From contig NC_052150.1 of the NCBI RefSeq assembly GCF_902713615.1, positions 35,618,297 to 35,682,296 on the forward strand: 64,000 nt of DNA, written 5' to 3'. The position numbers and the translations under genes were made by a program. Positions 12,419 through 23,489 of the stretch are shown here, piece by piece. Position 1 is the first letter of the stretch. The number at the start of each line of letters is the position of its first letter. The notes under the pieces were generated by a model, which saw nothing but the letters and a program-made list of their open reading frames with translations, was not told the DNA's origin and did not search any database. Source of the DNA: Scyliorhinus canicula (Eukaryota).

Positions 12419-12834
12419 CTCACCAGTCTGCGTGTTGCAGGTGCATCTGCCCATGACAGTCTCGGTAGAAGTGACCACCACACAGTCCTTGTGGAGACAA
12501 AGTCCCATCTCCACAATGAAGATACCCTCCATTGTGCTGTGTGGCACTACCAACATGATAAATGGATTGACTTCAAAGAGATCTAGCAACTCAAGACTGG
12601 GCATCCATGAAGCGCTTTGGGCCATCAGCAGCAGCAGAATTATATTCAACCACAATCTGCAACCTCATGGCCTGGCATATCCCGCACTGTACCATTACCA
12701 CCAAGCCAGGGGATCAACCCTGGTTCAATGAAGAGCGCAGGAGAACATGACCAGGAGCAACATCAAGCATACCGAAAAATGAGGTGGCACCCTGTGAAGC
12801 TACAACATAGGACTACGTGTGTGCCAAACAGTAA

Positions 12835-13069
12835 GGGCAGCATGTGGAAGGGGATAGCACTGGGACTGCCGTGCTGAGGACCTGAGTTTGAATCCCGGCC
12901 CTGGGTCACTGACCGTGTGGAGTTTGCACATTCTCACCATGTCTGCGTGGGTTCCACCCCCACAACCCAAAGATGTGCAGGTTAGGTGGATTGGCCACGC
13001 TAAATTGTCCCTTAATTGGAAAAAATATATAATTGGGTACACTAAGTTTATGTAAACATTTTTTTAAAA
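12835..13069 (+). mobile_element. HE1-like tRNA SINE, A/T-tail variant
   Basis: tRNA B box, V-domain-like body, flanking duplication TGTGTGCCAAACAG. Confidence 0.85.
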
Positions 13070-13304
13070 ATGTGTGCCAAACAGCATAAGCAGCAAGTAA
13101 TAGACAGAGCTAAGCGATTCCACAACCAACACATCAGATCTGAGCTCTGCAATCCTACCACATCCAGCTGTGAATGGTGGTGGACTATTAAACAACTCAC
13201 TGGAGGAGGAGGCTCCACAAATATCCCCATCCTCAATGATGGAGGAACCCAGCACATATGTGCAAAAGACAAGATTGAGGCATTCGCAACAACCTTCAAT
13301 CAGA

Positions 13305-13574
13305 AGTCTGTGCGGAATCTGCACATCCTCCCCGTGTGTGCGTGGGTTTCCTCCGGGTGCTCCGGTTTACTCCCATAGTTCAAAGTTGTGCAGGTTAGGT
13401 GGATTGGCCATGATAAATTGCCTTTAGTGTCCAAAATTGCACTTAGTGTTGGGTGGGGTTACTGGGTTATGGGGATGGGGTGGAGGTGTTGACCTTGGGT
13501 AGGGTGCTCTTTCCAAGAGCTGGTCCAGACTCGATGGGCTGAATGGCCTCCTTCTGCACTGTAAAATCTATGAA
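13305..13574 (+). mobile_element. HE1-like V-SINE, 5' truncated
   Basis: GGGTTTCCTCCGGGTGCTCCGG core; CR1-type tail. Confidence 0.9.
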
Positions 13575-14189
13575 GTGCCGAGTGGAAGATCCATCTCGGT
13601 CTCCTCCAGAGGTCCCCAGCATGACAAATGTAAGTCTTCAGCCAATACGATTCACTCCACGTGATATCATGAAACAACTGAAGGCACTCGATACTGCAAC
13701 GGTTATGGGTCCTGATAATATTCCGGCATTAGTACTGAAGACTTGTGGTCCAGATCTTGCCATACCCCTAGCCAAGCCGTTCCAGTAGAGCTACAACACT
13801 GGCACCTACCCGGCAATATGGAAAGTTGCCTAGGTGTGTCCTGTACACAAGAAACAGGACAAATCCAACTACCGCCCTATCAGTCTACTCTCCATCATCA
13901 GCAAAGTGATGGAAGGAGTCATTAACAGTGCTATCAAGCGGCACTTACTCGGCAATAGCCTGCTCACGGACGCTCAGTTTGGGTTCCCCCTGGGTCACTC
14001 ATCTCCTGACGTCATTACAGCCTTGGTTCAAACATGGACCTACGTGTTGAATGCCAGAGGTGAGGTGAGAGTGACTCCCCTTGACATCAAGGCAGCATTT
14101 GACCGAGTATGGCATCACGGAGCCCTAGCTAAACTGGAGTCAATGGAAATCAGGGGGAAAGCTCTCCGCTGATTGGATTCATACCTGGC

Positions 14190-14380
14190 ACAAAGGATCT
14201 TTCATTCTCACTCCACAGTATAAATATTTCCCACTCTCTCTGTCTGTTAGCTTTGACAAAGAGTCATCGGACTTGAAACGTTAGCTCTTTTCTCTCCCTA
14301 CAGATGCTGCCAGACCTGCTGAGATTTTCCAGCATTGTCCCTTTCGTTTCAGGTTCCAGCATCCGCAGTAATTTTCTTTT
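14190..14380 (+). mobile_element. Penelope/MER6-like short repeat inserted in the LINE RT
   Basis: ..TTGACAAAGAGTCATCGGACTTGAAACG..ACAGATGCTGCCAGACCTGCTGAG..TCCAGCA motif typical of elasmobranch Penelope-related repeats. Confidence 0.6.
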
Positions 14381-14567
14381 ATCCAAGGTGGTTGTGGTGG
14401 TTGATGATCAATCATCTCAGCACCAGGACATCACTGCAGGAGTTCCTCAGGGTAGTGACCTAGACCCAATCGTCTTCCGCTGCTTCATCAACGACCTGCC
14501 TTCCATCATAAGGTCAGAAGTGGGAATGTTTGCGGATGGCTGCATAATGTTGAGCACCATTCGCGAC

Positions 14568-14922
14568 TCATAGATTCATAGCATTTACAGTGCAGAAGGA
14601 GGCCATTCGGCCCATCGAGTCTGCACCGGCTCTTGGAAAGAGCACCCAACCCAAGCCCACACCTCCACCCTATCCCCATAACCCAGTTACCCCTCCCAAA
14701 ACTAAGGGCAATTTTGGACACTAAGGACAATTTAGCATGGCCAAACCACCTAACCTGCACATCTTTGGACTGTGGGAGGAAACCGGAGCACCCGGAGGAA
14801 GCCCACGCACACACGGGGAGAACGTGCAGACTCCGCACAGACAGTGACCCAAGCCGGGTATCGAACCTGGGACCGTGGAGCTGTGATGCAATTGTGCTAA
14901 CCACTATGCTACCGTGCTGCCC
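14568..14922 (-). mobile_element. Full-length HE1-like V-SINE
   Basis: GGGCAGCACGGTAGCATAGTGG A box, GGTTCGATACC B box, CR1-type tail. Confidence 0.93.
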
Positions 14923-15061
14923 ACGGTAATGAAGATAATGAAGCAGACCGCGTCAAAATGCAGCAAGACCTGGACAATATGCAAGCTTGTGCTGACAAGC
15001 AGTAACTCACCAAGGTTCCTTAATCAGCATCTTCCAAACCCACGACCACTACCATCTAGAA

Positions 15062-15456
15062 CAGGGGTGGGCAAACTACGGCCCGCAGGCCGCATGCGGC
15101 CCGCCAAAGGTATTTCTGCGGCCCACCAAGTCATTACAAAAAAAAAAAAAAAATATTTTCTAAAAAAACAAAAATTTTTTTTTTTAAATTTTTTTTTTAA
15201 AGGTTAATGGGTGGGGGGGCTGTTGGATTACTTACTGGCATAGGGTGGATACGTTGACTTGAGTAGGGTGATCATTGCTTGGCACAACGTCGAGGGCCGA
15301 AGGGCCTGTTCTGTGCTGTACTGTTCTATGTTCTATATGAGGCGCCCAGAATCATAACCGGGTGAAGTAATTATTTTACTTAATATACTATGCGGCCCTT
15401 TGTGAATTGTGAATTTCTGAATGCGGCCCTTGCACGGAAAAGTTTGCCCACCCCTG
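15062..15456. mobile_element. hAT (Charlie-like) MITE
   Basis: TIR CAGGGGTGGGCAAACT / AGTTTGCCCACCCCTG; perfect 8-bp TSD ATCTAGAA; subterminal TGCGGCCC repeats. Confidence 0.95.
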
Positions 15457-16232
15457 ATCTAGAAGGACAAGAGCAGCAGATACCTGGGAACCCCACCACC
15501 TGGAGGTTCCCATCCAAGTCATTCACTGACTTAGAAATATATTGCCATTCCTTTGCTGTTGCTGGGACAAAATACTGGAACAATGGGCAATAAATGCTGG
15601 CCTAACCACATCTTGTAAATGAATTTTTAAAAAAACAATTGGAACTGAAAAGAATAAGTGAGCAGAGCTACAGCGAGAATTAAAACTTAAATAATTCAGG
15701 GGAATACTTTGAAGTATCTGAGAACGATAAGCAAGAGCAGAGATAAAAATTACTTGACATTATTTAATTAAATGGTTAGTTATAAATGAAATGAATATTT
15801 TGCTGAAACAACTTAAAGTAAAAAATTCATAAATTATATTGGAAATTGTACATTTGATAAATTGAAGAAAAGAATAATCCAGTTCACAATTTGCATTTCT
15901 GATTTTTAAAAAACGAAATTTGTTTCAAACATTTTTGTATTGTGAAGATTTAACAAAATAGATTGTAGTCCGATCTTTCTAAGGTAAATTGAGTTCATGA
16001 ATTGTATTCAATATTTTAGAAATTCACCTGGAGGCACAATAAGAAAGAAAGAGAGCAGCGAGATTAGCCGTACTGGCCTATGTGGCAGTTTCTGCAATGT
16101 TAGTTCAGGTGTTTATTCCATGACTGAAGTTGTATTTTCAAGAAATCCATTATCATTATGTGTTAGGAGAGATAGTGGAAAGTTCTGGTTCCCATATGAC
16201 AGTACCCATAAGATATTTATGTTACTTTCACC

Positions 16233-18870
16233 CCTGGCGATGATATATATTCTTTATTGTGTAAGTGTATTTTTGCTATTGCCATTTTTCCTTACCATTT
16301 TGCAGTATTTTGAAGGCTATGGAATGTAATCCTTACAATTGCATAATGTATTGATGGCTATGGTAAATATTCCTTACCATTGTGAAGTGCATTGATGGCT
16401 ATGGTGTATATTCCCTACCAGTGAGGACTGAATTGATGGATCTAGTATATATTTCTTACCATTGTGGAATGTATCAATAGATTATCATATATATTCTTTA
16501 CTGTTGTGGAGTGTATCGATGTCTGTGGTATATATTCCTTGCTGTTGTGGAGTGTATTGATGGCTATGGTTATGACATATATTAATTCCCATTGTGGAGT
16601 GTATTGATGGCTATTGTATATATTCCACACTGCAGTGGAGCATGTGGATGGCTATGATATATATTCCCTACCATTGTGGAGTGTATGAATGGTTCATGGT
16701 ATATATTCCTTACTGCTGTGGAGTGTATTGATAGCTATGATATATGTTCCTTAACATTGTGGACTGTGTTCAAGACTATGGTATATATTCCTTATCGGTG
16801 CGGAGTGGAGCAACGGCTTATGGTATATATCCCTTATCATTGTGGAGTATATTGATGGCTTCTGGTATATATTCCTTACCCCTGCTGAGTGTATTGATGG
16901 CTGAGGTAAATATTCCTTACCTCTATGGAGTGTACTGATGGATATGGTATCTATTTCTTACTGCTGTGGCATGTATTGATGACTTTAATATATAATCCTT
17001 ACTGCTGCGAAGTGTATTGGTGGCTATGGTATATATTCCTTACCATTGTGGAGTATATCATAGAATTTACAGTGCAGAAGGAGGCCATTCGGCCCATTGA
17101 GTCTGCACCGGCTCTTTTGAAAGAGCACCCTACCCAAGCCCACACCTCCACCCTATCCCCAACACTAAGGGCAATTTTGGACACTAAGGGCAATTTAGCA
17201 TGGCCAATCCACCTAACCTGCACATCTTTGGACTGTGGGTCGAAACCCACGCACACACGGGGAAAACATGCAGACTCCGCATAGACAGTGACCCAAGCCG
17301 GGAATCAAACCTGGGGCCCTGGAGCTGTGAAGAAATTGTGCTAACCACTATGCTACCGTGCTGCCCTCAATGGCTATGGTATGTATTCCTTACTGTTGTG
17401 CAGTGTGATGATGATAATATATATATTCTTTACCACGGTGGATGGTATCAATGTATCGGGGATATATTCCTTACAGTTGTGACGTGTATTGATGGCTATG
17501 GTATATATACCTTAAGGTTGCAGAGTGTATAGTTGGCTATGGTACATATTCCTTACCATTGTGGAATATATTGATAGCTATGGTATATATCCCATGCTGT
17601 TGTGGAGTGAATCGATGACTGTGGTATATATCCCTTACCTTTGTGGAGTTTAACACTGGCTATGGTGTATATTCCTTAGCGCTGTGTAGTGTAATGATGA
17701 TTATGGTATATATATTCCTTACCACGGTGAATTGTATCAATGGATAGGGTATATATTCCTTACCTATTGTGATGTGTATCGCTGGCTATGGTATATATTC
17801 CTTACTATTGTGGAGTGCATCGCTGGCTATGGTATATATTTATTACCTTTATGGTGTGTATCAATGACTATGGTATATATCCCCTATTATTGTGGAGTGT
17901 ACTGATGGCTATAGTATATGTTCCTTAGCACTGTGCAGTGTAATGATGAGTATGGTACATATATTCCTTCCCATGGTGGATTGTATCAATGGATAGTGTA
18001 TATAATTCCTTACCGTTTGGACGTGCATTGATGGCTATGGTACATATCCCTTACCTTTGCAGAGTGTATCGGCGGCTATGGTAAATATTCCTTACTATTG
18101 CAAAGTATATTGATGGCTCTGGTGTATGTTCCTCACCATCGTGGAGTGTAAAGCTGGCTATGGTATCTCCATTATCATTGCGGAGTGTACAGATGGATAT
18201 GGTGTATATCCTTTACCAATGTGGAGTGCATCGATGGCTATTATATATACCCCTTACCATTGTGTGACATATCGATGGCTATGGTATATATCCATTATCG
18301 TTGTGGAGTGTACCGCTGGCTATGGTATATGTCCCTTACTGTTGTGCAGTGTAACAATGGCTATGATATATATTCCTTACCGTTGAGGAGTGTACCACTG
18401 GCTATAGTATATATTCCTTACCGTTGTGGAGGGTATCGATGGCTATGGTATATATCCCTTACCATTGTGGGGGTATAGATGGTTATTGTATATATTCCTT
18501 ACCATTGTGCAATGTATCGATGGCTACGGTATATATTCCTTGCCGTTGTGCAGTGTATCGATGGCTATGGTATATATTCCTTACCGTTGTGCGGGGTATC
18601 GATGGCTATGGTATATATTTCTTACCATTGTGCGGGGTATCGATGGCTATGGTATATATTTCTTACCATTGTGCGGGGTATCGATGGCTATGGTATATAT
18701 TTCTTACCGTGTGTGGGGTATCGATGGCTATGGTATATATTCCTTGCCGTTGTGCAGTGTATCGATGGCTGTGGTATATGTTCCTTACCGTTGTGTGGGG
18801 TATCGATGCCTATGGTATATATTCCTTGCCGTTGTGCAGTGTATCGATGGCTATGGTATATATCCCTCAC
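16233..18870. repeat. 41-bp tandem repeat, roughly 55-60 units, consensus ~GATGGCTATGGTATATATTCCTTACCATTGTGGAGTGTATC; interrupted by a SINE at 17058-17366
   Basis: Period read directly (gatggctatg at 18601 and 18642); homogeneous on the right, degenerate on the left. Confidence 0.97.
17058..17366 (-). mobile_element. HE1-like V-SINE inside the satellite
   Basis: Same sequence family as 14568-14922. Confidence 0.92.
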
Positions 18871-19045
18871 CGAAGTGTGTTTTGATCCTGTCCCTCTCGG
18901 GTGGCGGTTGGTCTCGAGCTCCTCCGTGTACAATCCAAACGCCGCGTCTCCATGGGAACGGCGCCGCGCTCTCTTCCTGCGCTCCTTCCGTCCGCTTCTT
19001 CGCCGTCTCCCCGCGCCCTCCACCCAGCTGTTGCTCCCATCTCTC
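18871..19045 (-). CDS. Candidate exon B of an unidentified gene, in a small CpG island
   Basis: Polypyrimidine tract plus CAG acceptor (gttttctgttttattccgatgctgcag|); donor TCG|GTGAGG; CpG-rich; open in all three frames; may instead be non-coding. Confidence 0.5.
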
Positions 19046-19164
19046 CTGCAGCATCGGAATAAAACAGAAAACTCTTCCCCCGCCCTTGATGCCATCTGGT
19101 GACCCTGAAGCCCAACAAGCCCGGGTTCAGTTCCAGTCAGTTCTGATTGCAACAGCGTGTTTAC

Positions 19165-19204
19165 CTCGGGCACATGGCATAGGCACGGCCAAATATATAT
19201 CCAT
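19165..19204 (-). CDS. Candidate exon A of an unidentified gene (MDIYLAVPMPCAR)
   Basis: caaATGG start, donor GAG|GTAAAC, phase compatible with the next candidate exon. Confidence 0.3.
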
Positions 19205-19529
19205 TTGAAAAAAAGCAGGGAGGGGTCTGGGCAGGCCATCAGGAAAGGGTGGAATTGGTTGACATCAACAAGTTGGGGTTGAACTGCTCAGCCCAAACGG
19301 TTACCTACCCCCCAACCCCACCTTACCTGGGGGTAGCTCATCTGAGTCCATGCAGCTGTAAACTAAACTTTAAATTTCCTGCATTTATTTCACTTTTCTC
19401 ACCTTTCAACCATGCAGAATTTAAGCACAACAGTACAAAGGCTGAAAATAGGTGGGACTTTGTGATAGAAATAACAGTATTCGCCAGTTACTTTGAAATC
19501 AGACAGCAACTTCAGTTGTCCGCAGGGGT

Positions 19530-20335
19530 AGCAACCTTCCATCTTGCAAGATGATGGCTTGCGCCTTGGTGTTCAACTCATTGTTAACCATTTTTTGGTG
19601 TGACTCAGGAGCCCCATTCTGACATGACAGTCTCTGCTGTATTTGCTGCAGAAGAAGAGCTGAACTTTTCATTTTTACTTGCCTTTTCCCTTCCAAACAA
19701 TGAGACTCCAAAGGTCACTGTCATCAGCAACTGTCTCCCAGTTTTCAGTGTCAATGTCCACCATCGGCATATCTCACTTGCAGGTGTCCTTGAGGAGGTA
19801 AGGACAACCAAGAGGCCGTGGCCCATTGGCCAACTCACATTACAGAAAGTTTTTTGGCATATGGCTGTCATCCATCTGATGAATGTGGTCGATCAAGCAC
19901 GTATGTATGGAATTAGCATGCCCCAGACCTCTGAGTTGGTGAATTTGACCTGTCGAGAGATACGAAGAGACAGCGAAGGTGAAACCTGTTTAGCCTTTTC
20001 TCTTGCTTAGTATATGTTGTCCAGTTCTCACCACTGTAGAAGTGCACTGAGAATGCAGGCTTGGTACACAGTTTGGTGTTCTCAGTCATGTTGCTTTGGT
20101 TCCACACTATTTTATTCAGATGGACATAACAGTGGCAGTCTTTGCAAAGAATATGTGGATTTCAACATAAAGTGACAGATTGCTGATGATTGTGCAGATT
20201 AAACATGTGAAGTTATCAACAACCTTTAGTATCATATTTTCAATGCTAATTGTTGGCAGCACGGCAATATCCTGGACCATGATATTTGTCTTCCAAAAAC
20301 AGACGGTCAAGCCAAATGTTCATAGGCAAGTGATG
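19530..20335 (-). mobile_element. RTE-clade LINE 3' fragment
   Basis: KTNIM.QD..PTISI..LKVVDNFT.L..ISNLSL; YSGENWTTYTKQEKRLNRFHLRCL. Confidence 0.85.
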
Positions 20336-20853
20336 ACAGCATCTCACTTGCCTTTCAAACATACTAACTGGCAGGGAGTTTCAATTCGTACCTCGTATAC
20401 AATGGACTAAATTTGCCAGAGAAAGTTATGGCCTGACGTGTTACATGTTCAGTATTACTGCCAAATCAGCTGGCACTGAAAATGAATTTCCTTCAGCTTT
20501 TGTTTAATAGATGGAAATTTTGCCTATTTAAATCCTAATTTTTGTTTTCTGTATATAATTTTACATTGAATTCAATATTCCTCAAATGATGCTGACTACA
20601 AAGTCCAGTTCAATAGCTTTACAAATTCAAAAAATATTTCCATTAGACTCTACACAAGATGCTGAGGTCTAAAACTTTGTTCAATTTTTTCAGTCATCAG
20701 AATTTTGTCTTATTTTCCACATCCTGTGAATTACACGGAAAATTATTTATTTTCTGAGTTTAAAAAGATTTTCAGTCTTGATAGCATTGTTTTACTTCAC
20801 AGAGCTTAATTTTCTTTCGGAAAGTATAGCGAATCCCTTATCAGTGTGCCCTT

Positions 20854-21204
20854 TGTAGTGATCCTTACTTGAGTGTGTACAGAAGGGGCTGATGGATAAT
20901 GGAAAGACCACCAGGGGGCAGCACGGGCATGTATAAATGTGACTCCCCCTCACTTTGGCTGATGTGACTGTGAGGGGAACAGGAAAGGAAATTTAGCTCA
21001 GGGCTGCTAGTGTGGTCAGGCCTAGTTGCAGAGCATAGGAAAGTTGTAACCTCATTTACAAGTGCAGTTCTTTAAGTAAGAGCTCACGCAGTTATTTAAG
21101 TTGTGTTGCTCAATAAACCTACCATCAAACTTCTGGACGACTTCTAGCCTTCTTTCCAGAGTGTCTACTGTAACTGTGTTACCATCTCTATAGGTAACAA
21201 AACA
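20854..21204 (+). mobile_element. Solo LTR
   Basis: TGTAGT...AAACA termini; 5-bp TSD CCCTT; TATAAA ~20932; AATAAA 21112. Confidence 0.85.
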
Positions 21205-21724
21205 CCCTTATTTTCCAAGAGCTCCCCACAGAGAAATATTCTCAAGCCTCTGGAGTAAATGGGATATTGTAGGAAATGAGCTATAATTCCTAAAATACTT
21301 TGGATGATTTAGCTCAACACAAATTATGTAGTTGTACCACATAATTAACTAATATATTTCTTAGATTGCCCTTAATATCTGCCTTAGTTCAGATGATGGA
21401 CTGATTTTATTCCACACAGACACGGGTCTTCTAATTTTATGGTCTCAGTGCTGCTCTGAAAGAAAGCTGCCACAAAGATCTAGCAACCTCTGTAATGTAG
21501 ATTTCTAATTTCTCTATGTTAGTTTGAATCTGGTGCCAAGTCAAATAGATCTTCAAGTGTCCAGCAGCAGTGATACAATCAGCAGTCAGCAGCCAATCAC
21601 ATGGCAATATTCTCAGACACAGCAAACCAGGAAGTAAAATGCAAATCCAATCCAAATCCAATCCAATTGTAAGCGTAGATTAAGCTCATTGTGATTCAAG
21701 AGGGAAGACTTAAATATACAAGAA

Positions 21725-21960
21725 ATAGTTTGTATCTATGTAGCACTTTTCATTTCCTCAGGACATCGCCAAGTATTTTTGAAGTGCAATCACTGTTGTA
21801 ATGTAGGCAAATACAGCAAGCAATTTACACAGAGCAAATTTCCACAAACACCAATAAGACAAATTACCATACAATCTAATGTGGTGACGTTGGCCAGTAA
21901 ATTAGGAGAACACCCCAATTACTTTTCAAATAGTGCAACGGGATATTTCACATTTATCTG
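21725..21960 (-). mobile_element. Old SINE with L2-type tail (DeuSINE-like); similar fragments at ~31200-31510, 43145-43340, 48985-49195
   Basis: Recurrent GCATTTATATAGC..GGACATCCC..GAAGTG..TCACTGTTGTAATG motif; family name by recognition only. Confidence 0.55.
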
Positions 21961-21970
21961 AGGACCTCCG

Positions 21971-22275
21971 GGGGCGGCACGGTAGCACTGTGGTTAGCAC
22001 TGTTGCTTCACAGCGCCAGGATCCCAGGTTCAGTTCCCGGCTTGTGTCACTGTCTGTGCGGAGTCTGCACGTTCTCCCCGTGTCTGCGTGGGTTTCCTCC
22101 GGGTGCTCCGGCTTCCTCCCACAAGTCCTGAAAGAGGTGCTGTTAGGTGAATTGGATATTCTGAATTCTCCCTCAGTGTACCTGAACAGGCGCCGGTGAC
22201 AAGGGGATTTTCACAGTAACTTCATTGAAATGTTAATGTAAGCTTACTTGTGGCTATAATAAAGATTATTATTAT
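21971..22275 (+). mobile_element. HE1-headed SINE, TTTTCACAGTAAC...TGTGACAATA tail variant
   Basis: tRNA head plus V-like core; related copies at 27315-27610, 28603-28893, 52613-52862(-), 54250-54505(-), 58936-59040(-). Confidence 0.88.
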
Positions 22276-23489
22276 TTAACATATCACCTGAGAAATGGCA
22301 TCTCGAACAGTGGAGAACACACTATACTGCAGTGCTAGGTGAGAAAATACCACAGTCTATCCAGTTTGCCTTCTACCACTGTGGCAGTCAAACGATACAA
22401 TGATAATGGAGTTGTTGACCAAAGATAACAATCCTAAAAGACCCAGACATAGCCAAGTGTACTTTAAGAGAAAACAGAACTTTAGTCCATTTAGTCAGTC
22501 AATGGTAAGGATTATAAAATGGAATGAAGCGGTGAACACGACGATATAAGCTGGTTGGGGGTAGTCAACATGGATTTGTAAAGTAAATGTGTGCTTAATC
22601 AAATTTGTTTGAGGTTTTTGAGCATGCAGACTAAAAACAATGCACAGTGCAATTGAACTTCCAAAAAGCATCATTGGTGATATTTGCTATGAAAATGAAG
22701 ATGTGAGCCTGTACTGTGCTGTACAGTTCTATGTTCTATGATAAGAGGGATGCTAGAGGGTAGTATGCAGTGTATAGGATTAAATGACTGTTTCAGACAT
22801 GCAAGCTGTAACTAATGGTGTGCCACAGCAAACTATGATGAAGCTTTTCTTGTTTTCTATTTTAGTAAATTTTTTAGATGTAGACATAGCAATTATCAGT
22901 ATTTTCTGACAATACAAAATTCGGGACATAATTTGGACGGTATAGATATTAAGGGAGTGAGCACGTAACACCACAAATACAGTTTGCATAACAGAACAAA
23001 TTCAGCTCGCTTCATTTCAAATGAATCAGCAAGCTGCTCATGAAAGCTGGCAAATACAGGTCATCTTCACTGGAGCAGAGAAAGTAAAGTATTCAAAACT
23101 ATGAAAGGATTTCAGAGGGTAATTAGTAAAATTGGCTGGTAAATCATTGCACCAAGGGGGTATAAACTTAGAGTTAGCATTAAAAGCATAAAAGGATGTT
23201 CAAATATTCTCTTTTCCTGGAATCTCATAGCTCGGTGAGAATTTACTGCATTGTAAATTAGATGCAACCTTAAACAATGTCATTACTTCAGTTATTCAAA
23301 GGACAAGTCTGCTGAGGAGCACTGGGTAGAGTTTTGATCAGGGTTCTTCGGGATTCTTTGCTGCTTTCACTATTTATTAACTGGTTGATCTCTCTGGATA
23401 AGTTTTTTTTAAAGTACAGTATCTCTTCCTGTGCTCTGTAAGGCTCACATACTTCCTTTCACTGTAGTTTATCTCTGACATTTACCTCA

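Larger units (their letters stand above)
9749..15635 (+). mobile_element. CR1-group LINE (EN+RT, no ORF1 visible) with tRNA-like 5' head; decayed and hosting several nested insertions
   Basis: LTNIW..MPKLG, QQPDIVILTES, ITTYRPPS, DFNVHH, GPDNIP, NYRPISLLSIISKVME, LDIKAAFDRVWH, GVPQGS, FINDL, GMFAD; 3' tail GGGCAATAAATGCTGGCC...A-rich. Confidence 0.9.

Noticed and set aside
14860-14922. tRNA-like A/B boxes here and in many other places
   Set aside because: These are SINE heads, not tRNA genes; each continues into a SINE body.
15900-16200. Minus-strand pyrimidine tract plus CAG|GTGAAT at ~16028 (acceptor, or end of a signal-peptide-like exon)
   Set aside because: All frames close quickly after it and the upstream ATG is followed by an immediate stop; cannot support an exon.
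16233-18870. Possible CRISPR-like array
   Set aside because: Units are contiguous with no unique spacers, there are no cas genes, and the context is vertebrate.
18126-19208. Overlapping plus-strand ORFs in all three frames (up to 260 aa; GIDGYGIY/YRWLWYIF repeats)
   Set aside because: Artefact of a stop-poor 41-bp unit cycling through frames; no sign of a real protein.
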